DNA from: Leucoraja erinacea | Taxonomy: Eukaryota | Assembly (NCBI RefSeq): GCF_028641065.1 | Contig: NC_073384.1 | Coordinates: 43,214,001-43,278,000 of the forward strand | Length of the DNA stretch: 64,000 nt | Direction of reading: 5' to 3' | In this document: positions 27,201 to 39,200 of the stretch, one piece after another | Numbering within the stretch: the first letter of the stretch is position 1 | Layout of the letters: every line of letters starts with the position of its first letter | The notes under the pieces: model-generated | The model's input: only the letters and a program-made list of their open reading frames with translations | Told to the model about the DNA's origin: nothing | The model's database searches: none | Made by a program: the position numbers and the translations under genes

Positions 27201-30200
27201 TCTTCACAGAGTTATGTAAGCAATCAATCTCAATCTGACCAGGATATTAATACTCTGCATTCAAAGAACCAGGAGAAACCTGATTGCCCTGAATCAGAGA
27301 CTGATAACGTTGCATCTGAGACTGAACGCATTCCACGACCACTGAGCCCCACAAAGCTTCTTCCATTTATGTACAATCCGTATCGAAATCAGAGTGATGC
27401 TGATTTGGAGGCATTAAGGAAAAAACTGTCCAATGCACCAAGGCCACTGAAGAAGCGTAGCTCTATTACAGAACCAGAGGGTCCGAATGGCCCCAATATT
27501 CAAAAACTGCTATACCAGCGCACAACACTGGCTGCAATGGAAACGGCTAGTCCAATGCCATTCTATCAGCCTAAAAAACCTACTTCATCAGAAGAAAATA
27601 CCATAAATGACAGCAGAGATGTCAATGCTAAGCTAGATGAGACCACAGCATCAACAGGTGAAACTCCAGATCTGTCAGAACCAGTTGTGAAAAAGGACAC
27701 CAAAGCAGAAGGTGCTGAAGAAGTTGTGAGAGCATCTCCAGGTAGCTCGGTACCTGTGACAGAGGGCCAGTTAGCTGCTTCTACTCTCTTACCTTCTGTG
27801 GAAGAGCAACCGAGTCGGGAAAGCACACTATCGCCACAGGAATTAGCAGAAGAATATCCTCCTTACCCACCACCTCCTTATCCTGTTGTGGGTGATCATG
27901 AGACTGTGGGTGATGAAAGTTTTACTATGCGTCCACCTGAAATTACTGGACAGACTGTCTTACCACCTGTGAGTAATGTGTATTGCCGATATCTTATTGG
28001 AATATTAGTCATTAATCACTTCTGGGGCTATAAGAATGATTCCTGTTGGATTTGTAGTTCGTATTAAAAAAAAAGTAATCATACCAATTTAAATTATCAA
28101 TCAAAGTTAAATAATCTCTGGTTATCCCCAAATACTATTCATAGAAACATAGAAAATAGGTGCAGGAGGAGGCCATTCGACCCTTTGAGCCAGCACCACC
28201 ATTCATTGTGATCATGGCTGATCGTCCCCAATCAATAACCCGTGCCTGCCTTCTCCCCATATCCCCTGATTCCACCAGCCCCTAGAGCTCTATCTAACTC
28301 TCTTAAATCTATCCAGTGATTTGGCCTCCACTGCCCTCTGTGGCAGGGAATTCCACAAATTCACAACTCTCTGAGTGAAAAAGTTTTTTCTCACCTGTCT
28401 TAAATGGCCTCTCCTTTATTCTAAGACTGGTTATGGACTCGTCCAACATTGCGAACATTTTTCCTGCATCTGGCTTGTCCAGTCCTTTTATAATTTTATA
28501 TGTTTCTATAAGATTTTATATGTTTCTATAAGATCCCCCTCATCCTTCTAAACTCCAGTGAATACAAGCCTACATTTTCTCAAAATTGATTTTGGAGTCG
28601 TAGAGCGATACAGTGTGGATACAGGCCCTTCGGCCCAACTTCCCTACACCAGCCAACAATGTCCCAGCTACACGTCCCACTTGCCTGCGCTTGGTCCATA
28701 TCCTTCCAAACCTGTCCTATCCATGTACCGTCTAACTGTTTCTTAAACAATGGGATAGTCCCAGCCTCAACTACATCCTCTGGCAGCTTGTTCCATACAC
28801 CCACCACCCTTTGTGTGAAAATGATTCGCCTCTGATCCCTATTAAATCTTTTCTCCTTCACCTTAAACCTATGTCCTCTGGTCCTCGATTCCCCTACTCT
28901 GGGCAAGAGACTCTGTGCATCTACTTGATCTATTCCTCTCATGATCTTATACACCTCTATAAGATTCCCCCTTATCCTCCTGCGCTCATGGAATAGAGAC
29001 CCAGCCTACTCAACCTCTCCCTATAGCTCACACCCTCTAATCCTGGCAACATCCATGTAAATCTTTTCTGAACCCTTTCAAGCATGACAATATATTTCCT
29101 ATAACATGGTGCCCAGAACTGATCACTATATTCTAAATGTGGTCTCACCAGCTTCTCATATAACTGCAACATGACCTCCCAACGTCTATACTCAATACTC
29201 TAACTGATGAAGGCCAAAGTGCCAAAAGCCTTTTTGACCACCTTATCTACATGCGACTCGACTTTCAAGGGACCATGCACCTGTACTCCTAGATCCCTCT
29301 GCTCTACAACACTACCCAGAGGCCTACCATTTACAGTGTAGGTCTTGCCCTTGTTTGATGTCCCAAAATGCAACACCACACACTTTTCTATATTAAATTC
29401 CATCAACCATTCCTCTGCCCACCTGGCCAATCGATAAAGAACCTGCTGCAATCTTTCACCACCTTCATTGTCTGCAAAACCACTCACTTTTGTATCATCA
29501 GCAAACTTGCTAATCTTGCCTGCATGTTCTCATCTAATTCATTGATGTAGATGGCAAACAGTAATGGGCCCAGCACCAAACCCTGAGGCACACCACTAGT
29601 CACAGGCATCCAGTCTGAGAAGCAACCTTCCACCATCACCCTCTGCTTCCTTCCATGGAGACAATTTGCTATTCAGTCACCTCCAGTTTAAATTCTCCAC
29701 CTCCAATTTAAATTCTCCACCTCCAGTTCAAATTCCATTTGGAATAATTTGGAGGACCAAGAACCAAGAACCAGGCTATCTCTCCTTGGATCCCATGCGA
29801 TCTAAACTTTCAGAGCAGCCTACCACGCGGAACATGGTATTGGGAGTAGGTTAGAAATTGATAGAAAATTGGTTGGCAGACAGGAAACAAAGAGTGGGTA
29901 ATAACGGGTCCCTTTCAGAATGGCAGGCAGAGACTAGTGGGGTACCGCAAGGCTCGGTGCTGGGACCACAGCTATTTACAATATACATTAATGATTTAGA
30001 TGAAGGGATTAAAAGTTACATTAGCAAATTTGCAGATGACACAAAGTTGGGTGGCTGTGTGAACTGTGAGAAGGATGCTATGAGGATGCAGCGTGACTTG
30101 GACAGGTTGGGTGAGTGGGCAGATACATGGCAGATGCAGTTTAATGTGGATAAATGTGAGGTTATACGCGTTGGTGGCAAAAACAGGACGGCAGATTATC

Positions 30201-33200
30201 TGAATGGTGTCAAGTTGGGAAAAGGGGAAGTACAACGAGATCTGGGGTCCTTGTTCATCAGTCACTAAAAGTAAGCATGCAGACACAGCAGGCAGTGAAG
30301 AAAGCAAATGGCATGTTGGCCTTCATAACAAGAGGACTTGAGTATAGGAGCAAAGAGGTCCTTCTGCAGTTGTGGATGATCAGCCATGATCACAATGAAT
30401 GGCGGTGCTGGCTCGAAGGGCCGAATGGCCTACTCCTGCACCTATTGTCTATTATCAAATGCCTTACTGAAATCCATGTGCACAACATCTGCAGCTCTGC
30501 CCTCATCGACCTTTTTGTTCACGTCTTCAAAAAAATCAATCAAATTTGTGAGACACGACCTCCCACGTACAAAACCATGCTGACTATCCCTAATGTGCCC
30601 TTGCCCAACCAAATGTCTGTATAACCTATCCCTCAGAATACTCTCCAGTAACTTTCCAACTACAGATGTTAAGTTCACTGGCCTCTGGTTCCCAGCATTT
30701 TCCCTGCAGCCCTTCTTGAAAAGTGGCACAACATTTGCCACCCTCCAGTCTTCCTGTATTTAAGGACGACTCGTAAATTTCAACCAGGGCTCTTGCAATG
30801 TCCTCTCTACTTTCCCATAATGTCCTCAGATATGTCTTATCAGGCTCTGGAGATTTGTCTACCTTCATTCTCAAGACACTTCCATTGACTTCCAAGTTCC
30901 TTCGTCTTACTGTCTTTTTCCTTGGTAAATACAAATGAGAAATACTCATTGAGGACCTTGCCCATCTTCTGTGGCTCTACACAGAGGTGACCGCTTTGTT
31001 TCCTGAGAGGTACCACTCTCTCTCTAGTTACCCTTTTCCCCCTTATGTATTTATAAAATCTTTTGGGATTGTCCTTAATACTACCCAGCAGAGCTATCCT
31101 GGCCCTTTTTTGCCCTTCTGGTCTCCTTTTTCAGTTTCCTCCTTAGTTCTCGTAACTCCTCCAGAGATGCCCTTTATCCCAGCTGCCTATACCTGTCCCA
31201 TGCATCCTGCTTGTTTTTGACCAATGCCTCAATTTCCCTCGTCAGCCAAGCTTCCTTACCTCTGCTTGCTTTGTCCTTCACTCTAACGGGGACGTACATA
31301 TCCTGAACTTTCTCGTTCGTCAGCTCCACCCACATAGCCTCACTAGACAAACCGTCCGTAATGTCACCTCTGATCACTGCCGTGACATCCTCCTTAACCA
31401 AAAATGCACCCCCCCTCCATCCTCTGTTTCCCTCATCCCTGTCTCTCCTGAAGCGAACCCTGGAACATTGAGCTGCCAGTCCTGCCCCTCTCTTAACCAG
31501 GTTTCAGTCATGGCTACAATGTCCCAGTTGCTCATATCTATCCATGCCATAAGCTCATCTGCCTTGCCTGTCAGGCCCCTTGCATTAAAATATGTGCAGT
31601 TTAAACCAAACCTCTTTCCTCGCTTTTGTGCTGTGACGATGCAACTGGTTTAAAGCCTAATGATTTTCAGTATGGGTCTGCCTTGATGATCAAAGCATAG
31701 CTATGGGCACACGCATGGGCTCCAGCTACGCCTGGCTCTTTGTCGGGTACGTCCTTGTTTGAGGTGTACCAGGGCCCCATCCCCGACCTCTACCTCCGCT
31801 ACATCGACGATTGCTTTGGTGCCACCTCCTGCACCCACACACAACTGACTGACTTCATCCGCTTCACCACTATCTTCCATCCGGCATTCAAATACACCTG
31901 GACCATTTGCGAAATTTCCCTACCATTCCATGACCTCACTATCTCCATCGCAAGTGATAGACTTCTGACCGACATCCACTATAAACCCAATGACTCCCAT
32001 GGCTATCTAGACTACTCTTCTTCCCACCCTGCTTCCTGTAAGGACTCCATTCCCTACTCCCAATTCCTCCGTTTACGCCGCATCTACTCCCAGGATGAGG
32101 GTTCCACACCAGGGCATCTGAAATGTCCTCATTCTTCAGGGAACAGGGGTTCCCCTCCCCTACTATAGAGGTCCAGGGTCTCTTCCATACCCCATAACAC
32201 TGCTCTCTCTCCCCATCCCCCCCACTCGCAACAAGGGCAGAGTCCCCCTAGTCCTCACCTTTCACCCCACCAGCCGTCACGTACAACAAATAGTCCTCCG
32301 TCAGTTTCGCCACCTCCAACGTGACCCCACCACTCGCCACATCTTCCCATCTCTCCCCCCTGTCTGCCTTCCGCAAAGACCGCTCCCTCCGTAACTCCCT
32401 TGTCAATTCTTCCCTTCCCTCCCGCGCCACCCCCTCCCTGGGCACTTTCCCTTGCAACCGCAAGAGATTCTACACTTGTCGCTTTACCTCCCCCTTCGAC
32501 TCCATTCAAGGACCCAAGCAGTCGTTCCAGGAGCGACACAGGTTCACCTCAATCTCCTCCAACCTCATCTATTGCATCCACTGCTCTAGATGTCAGCTGA
32601 TCTACATCGGTGTGACCAAGCGTAGGCTTGGCGATCATTTCGCCGAACACCTCCACTCGGTCCGCATTAACCAACCTGACCTCCCTGTTGCTCAGCACTT
32701 CAACTCCCCCTCCCATTCCGTATCCGACCTCTCTGTCCTGGGCCTCCTCCATTGCCAGAGTGAGCACCGCCGGAAATTGGAGGAACAGCACCTCATATTC
32801 CACTTGGGGAATCTGCATCCTGGTGGCATGAACATTGAATTCTCACAATTCTGTTAGCCCTTACTGTCTCCTCCCCTTCCCAGCTCTCCCTCAGCCCTCG
32901 GGCTCCTCCTCCTTTTTCCTTTCTTCTTCCCGCCCACCGATGGCTAGGATCCAGGACGGAATTAGCATGGATTACTTTCCATCCTCTCGCCATATGGGAT
33001 AATTCTTGTAACTTCCACCGTCAAAAATGGACCAAAGTGGACCTAATTATTTGAGAATTATGTTACTCTCTGGATTGTTTCCTTAATGCTTGTGAAGGTG
33101 GACCGTGATTGATTAAGAGACAGGAAAGGTTTAGAGGGACATGGGTCAAATATTGGCAAATAAGACTTGCATAGATAAACATCTCGGTCAGCATGTCACA

Positions 33201-36200
33201 CCAAAGGCCCTGTTTCCAGGTTATATGACTATGGCTGTATACGGGAGGGAGAAAATGGGGAAATATAGACCAATAGGCTGGCATCAGAAGATGGGAAAAT
33301 ATGGGAATTTGGTGTTGAATGAACAGTAACAGTGCATTTAGAAAACAATATGATAGGCCAGAGTCATCATGAATTTATGAAAGGGAGAGTGTGTTTGACA
33401 ATCTTCCGAGGTTAAAACTCACAGAGCGGCAAGAGTGAACAATGGTTGTGGTGTATTTGGCCTTTCAAAGACCTTTAGAGAAGGAGCTACAGGAAGGAGC
33501 TACAGTATGTTACTGCATAACATACATCTGGGACACTGGGGCATCTTCTGTTGCCCTACCAAAGTCAAGAATCAAACCCGGCACCTTCCTGACCTATATA
33601 GTTGAATTGCTCAAATGTCATTCTCGCCCACCTTTCTAGTGCATTGGTTCCTTAAAGAATTTTTAATACTTTGCATTTGATATGGCTTTTATTACTTTTG
33701 TTATGATAAACATTACTGGTTAGTTCTGAACAGATTATTTAGCAGCTCACATCCTAATATTTATTTACATTTTGTTGCTTTAGGGAAAGAGAACGAATTT
33801 GAAGAAGTTGGGGTCAGAGCGCATAGGTCATGGTATGAGAGTGAAGTTCAATCCTCTTGCCCTGCTGCTTGATTCTTCCCTGGAAGGTGAATTTGATTTA
33901 GTCCAACGTATTATCTATGAGGTACGTTCAAACCTTTAATGTAACTTAATATCTAGCCTTTCTGCATCATTGTCTAGTTTTACTGACCTTGCTGGATAGT
34001 TTTTAAATATAAAAACTTGTTCGGCACGGACTTGTAGGGCCGAGATGGCCTGTTTACGTGCTGTAATTGTTATATGCTGTTATATATATATATAAATGAT
34101 GTGTGTCCTGATAGATTAAGCGTACAAAAAACAATATCTTTTTTTAATCATTTGTGCGCCAAATCATGTCTTTTCGTCCAAATCGTTTATTACGTGAATG
34201 AATCTGCATTACTTGGCAGGCCAAAATAACACACTGTTTGCAGTTCAAACCCAAAAGACCCTGAATGAACTAAATTACATTATTTTAATTTGATTTTTCT
34301 TGAATCGTTTTCTAACGTGAATACTGTGTTAAACTATCATAGAGCAAGAACAGCAAACTAAATTCTGGAGGAACTTGGTGGGTGGGTCAGAGAATAGTTG
34401 ATCTTTCGGGTTGAAACCCTGCATCAGCTCAGAGTTCTCCCAGCATATTGTTTCTTGCTCCAGGTTCCACCATCTGCAATCTCTTGTACCTCTTAACAAG
34501 AAGCTTAATATCCTTAAACAATGGGCCATTGTCCAGAAGCAAGGGGGCCATTTACAATTGTACTGATAACTTCCAGTTTGCATTATTTTATACCAAGTAC
34601 ATTCAAGAATAATGTTCCTGAAAATTTCATGCTTCCCAATTCCTAATTGAATCATTTAAGTTATCCAGCTTACCATGCTTATAATAACAATGAATTTTGA
34701 TGCAACAGCTTGAACATTTGCATCATGAAGCTTTTTTTTTTGCCTTGTAACTTGAATGTTTTTATAGGTGGAGGACCCCAGCCAACCAAACGATGAGGGA
34801 ATAACAGCACTACATAATGCTGTGTGTGCAGGCCACACAGAAATAGTGAAGTTCTTGGTACAGTTTGGAGTAAATGTTAATGCAGCAGATAGTGATGGGT
34901 GGTAAGTTATACAACAATTATGTTTGTCGTCTGTTGTACTTTTGCATTCCAAATCTACCAAACTTTATACAAAATGCTGTTGCAAATGCTTTCACAGCAC
35001 AGGAGAGAATTATTTTTTAATCCTATAATCTAATTTTGTTGCATTTTAATTTTATTATTTTCTTAATTTCCTAAATCATGAAATATTTATCTTAAGTTGT
35101 ATTCATCATCTGGGGTTTGCTGTTATTCTTCACAGTTTCCGACATTATTTTGATTTCAATTTTCACAATAGTCTGATCTGGATTGCTCTTAGATAGAAAC
35201 ATAGAAAATAGGTGCAGGTGTAGGCCATTCGGCCCTTCGAGCCTGCAACGCCATTCAATGTGATCATGGCTGATCATCCAACTCGGTATCCTGTACCTGC
35301 CTTCTCTCCATACCCCCTGATCCATTTAGCCACAAAGGCCACATCTCGCTCTTAAATATAGCCAATGAACTGGCCGCAACTACCTTCTGTGGCAGAGAAT
35401 TCCAGAGATTCACCACTCTCTGTGTGAAAAATGTTTTTCTCATCTCAGTCCTAAAAGATTTCCCCCTTATCCTTAAACTGTGACCCCTTGTTCTGGACTT
35501 CCCCAACATCGGGAACAATCTTCCTGCATCTAGCCTGTCCAACCGCTTAAGAATTTTGTAAGTTTCTGTAAGATCCCCCCTCAATCTTCTAAATTCTAGC
35601 GAGTACAAGCCGAGTCTATTCAGTCTTTCTTCGTATAAAAGTCCTGACATCCCAGGAATCAGTCTGGTGAACCTTCTCTGTATTCCCTCTATGGCAAGAA
35701 TGTCTTTCCTCAGGTTAGGAGACCAAAACTGTACACAATACTCCAGGTGTGGTCTCACCAAGACCCTGTACAACTGCAGTAGAACCTCCCTGCTCCTATA
35801 CTCAAATACTTTTGCTATGAATGCTAATTCTTAACTCCCCATCTTTTTATTGCTTTGATGTTATTTCCATGGCCTCACCTGAACCTGCTTATGTGATCAA
35901 GATTACTCCTCGTGTTTCTACTGCCCACAATACACTGGGCACAGGGGTGGCACAGCATAGAGTTGCTGCTGCCTTACAGCGCCAGAGACCCGATTTCGAT
36001 CCTGACCATGGATCCTGCTTTCTGTACGGAGTTTGTACGTTCTCTCTGTGACTGTGTGGGTTTTCTCCAGGTGCTCAAGTTTCCTCCCACATGGGATGAT
36101 GTTGTTCATATTTTTCAGGGTTGTAACATTGAACCTTCTTTGTTCGAGAGCAGTGTGAAGCTTTTTGTATGTACGGTTCCTCCTGATATATTTTTTTTAA

Positions 36201-39200
36201 TGATGTGTTATGATACTACTCCACCTAGTGGCACAGTGGAAAACTGAGGCAGATTGTTATTGAAAGCTGAATTGTTGGAATATCTCGAGGCTTGGAGCTT
36301 GTCACCTTTTGTATACAAGTACTACAACCCCTGTTTCCCACAACTAATAATAAATAGGATAGTTTCCAAAAATAATTTTAGTGATACTTTCAAGAGAGAG
36401 CTAGATAGGGCTCTTAAAGATAGTGGAATCAGGAGATACGGGGAGAAGACAGGAACGGGGTACTGATTGTGGATGATTAGCCATCATCACATTGAATGGC
36501 GGTGCTGGCTTGAAGGGCCGAATGGCCTACTGCTGCACCTATTGTCTATTGTCTATTGTCTGTGATGTGTGGTGATGCTGCATTTACAGAGTTAGGATTG
36601 CAGGATGGAGCAAACAATAAGGGACACTTTTGAGCAAATGATGGAAGTCATGCAGCATGGAAACAGGCACATTGGCCCAAATTGCCCACACCGGTCAACA
36701 TGTTCCATCTACACTCATCCCACCTGCCTGCGATTGACCCATATCCCTCAAAACCTGTCCTATCCATGTACCTGTCTAAATGTTTCTTAAATATCGCAAT
36801 AGTACCTGCCTCAACTACCTCCTCCAGCAGCGCGTTCTATATACCCACCACGCTTTGTGTGAAGAAGTTACCCCTTGGGTTCCTGTTAAATCTTTCCCCC
36901 CCTTAGTTTAAATGATGTCCTCGGGTTCTTTATTCCATTACTCTAGGCAACAAACTCTGTGAGTTTACCCAATCTATTCCTCTCATTTCTTTGTACACCT
37001 CTGTAAGACCAAGCTTCATCCTCCTAACCTGCTCAACCTCTCCCTATAGCTCAGGCCCTCAAGTCCTGGCATTGCAAATCTTCTCTGCACCCTTTCCGGC
37101 TGGACAACATCTTTCCTATAACAAGGTGCCCAAAACTGAACACAAAACTCTAAATGCGGCCTGGCTAACGTCAACTGCACATGACCTCCCATCCTTTATA
37201 CAATGCCCTGACTGATGAAGGCCAATATGCCAAAAGCCTTTTTGACCACCTAATCTACCTGTTACGCCATTTTAAACAAACGATGTACCTGTACTCCTAG
37301 ATACCGATGCTCTACAACACTCTCCAGAGCCCTACCGTTCTCTGTGTAGGTTCTGCCCATGTCAGTGCTCCCAAATTAAACACCTCACATTTCTCTGTAT
37401 TAAATTCTATCAACCATTCCTCAGTCCAACTGATCAAGATCCTGCTGCAATTTTTGACAACCATCTTCACTGTCTACAATCCCACATAATTTTGTGTCAT
37501 CTGACTAGATATCTGAAGAGCTACCGCATGCAATATTGAAAATATCAGATCAGTTTGAGCATATTCCATGGCCTGGCATAAGAGCAAATGCTGTAATGTT
37601 CAGCAGGTTGGGTAGTATCTGGTAAGTTAACATTTCAGGTCTAATGCCCTTTTCCAGAAGTGTTTTCTCCCAGTTCTAACAAAGGGTCCAGGATGTGAAA
37701 CATTAACCATGTTTCTCTTTCCTGAAATGCTGCTTGACCTGTTGGCTGTTTACAGCATTTTATTTTTACTTCAGATATCTAACATCTGCTTTTTCCAGTT
37801 TGATATTCATTCACCTGACTCTAGATTTGGGTAATTGAAGTATTATTTTTAAAGTTTGTGGACGACACAAAGCTTGTGTGGAGAGACCAGAGCAGCAGGG
37901 ATCCTGATATAATTTATCAAAATATCCAGAAGTGACATATGCATTTTTGGGTGGAACAGTTGTGAGCTGGAATATACTGCCTAAAATACGACAGGAAAAA
38001 TTAAAAGCGAATTGGAGAAACACATGAAGTTATTTAGTTTTACATTATGAGGAAGAAATCAGATTAGAAAACTTCAGTTGATGATTTGCCAATCGTTCAT
38101 CCTATCTGGAGCATTCAATGATTAGGGATGCCTGATATGGACATTGTCTCAACTGAAGACATGGTGAACATATACTTGGAAGTTCATGCTTACATGTTTA
38201 CATGGAGAAGCTTGTTGCAGACACAAGACTGCAAAGGAGATGATAAATCATTTGTAAATGTTGCCCATTTCTCTCTTTTCCTTATTAGGACTCCATTGCA
38301 CTGTGCAGCCTCCTGTAATAATGTACAAGTTTGCAAGTTCCTAGTTGAATCTGGGGCTGCAGTGTTTGCCACAACCTACAGTGACCTGCAGACTGCTGCT
38401 GATAAATGTGAAGAGATGGAAGAGGGATACATCCAATGCTCACAATTTCTGTACGGTATGTGCATGTCTATACAATAGCAAAATAAAATAGCAGGACAAA
38501 ATACTAGAGGACATAGCTTTAAAGTAAGAGGGGCAAAGTTTAAAGGAGATGCGCAGGCCTAGATTTTGAACACAGTGGTGGGAGTCTGCAACACACTGCC
38601 AGGTTTGATGGTAGAGGCACTTATAACAGTGGCATTCAAAGAGCCCTTTAGATAGGCACATGGAAATGCAACGAATGGAGTGATGTGGATCACACGCAGG
38701 CAAAGGAGATTAGTTTAACTTGACATCTTGTTCGGTGCGAACAATGTGGGCCGAAGGGCCTGTTTCTGTGCTTTATGTTCTATGATATAAAATGAACCTG
38801 TCCAGACCAGATTTCTAAATCAAAGCTTGCAAATGGCTTGGCAAGTTTAATGAATCACTTTTATGCATTTCCCTAATATTTACTATTCCTATTTAATGTT
38901 ACCCAAGGGTTGCAGCTTTACGCATGTTTTAAATGGCGGAAACTGCTGATGACATTGGAATATGAATATGAGCAGCTCCAGTCATTGGAAGCAAATAGCT
39001 GTTAGTTTCACCGTTTCACCATAAGCGGCAGTAGTTTAAGCGACCTGCCCTCAGCAAAGACGATGGAGGCTTGGGAGGGAGGTCCAATGTGCTGACATCC
39101 TGAGAAAGAGAGTGCGTTTAAAAAAAATAGAAATAAGTAGATTAGATAGGAGAATACCATTATTTTAATTTACTTCAGCCCAGTTGTTGTGCTCAACATG

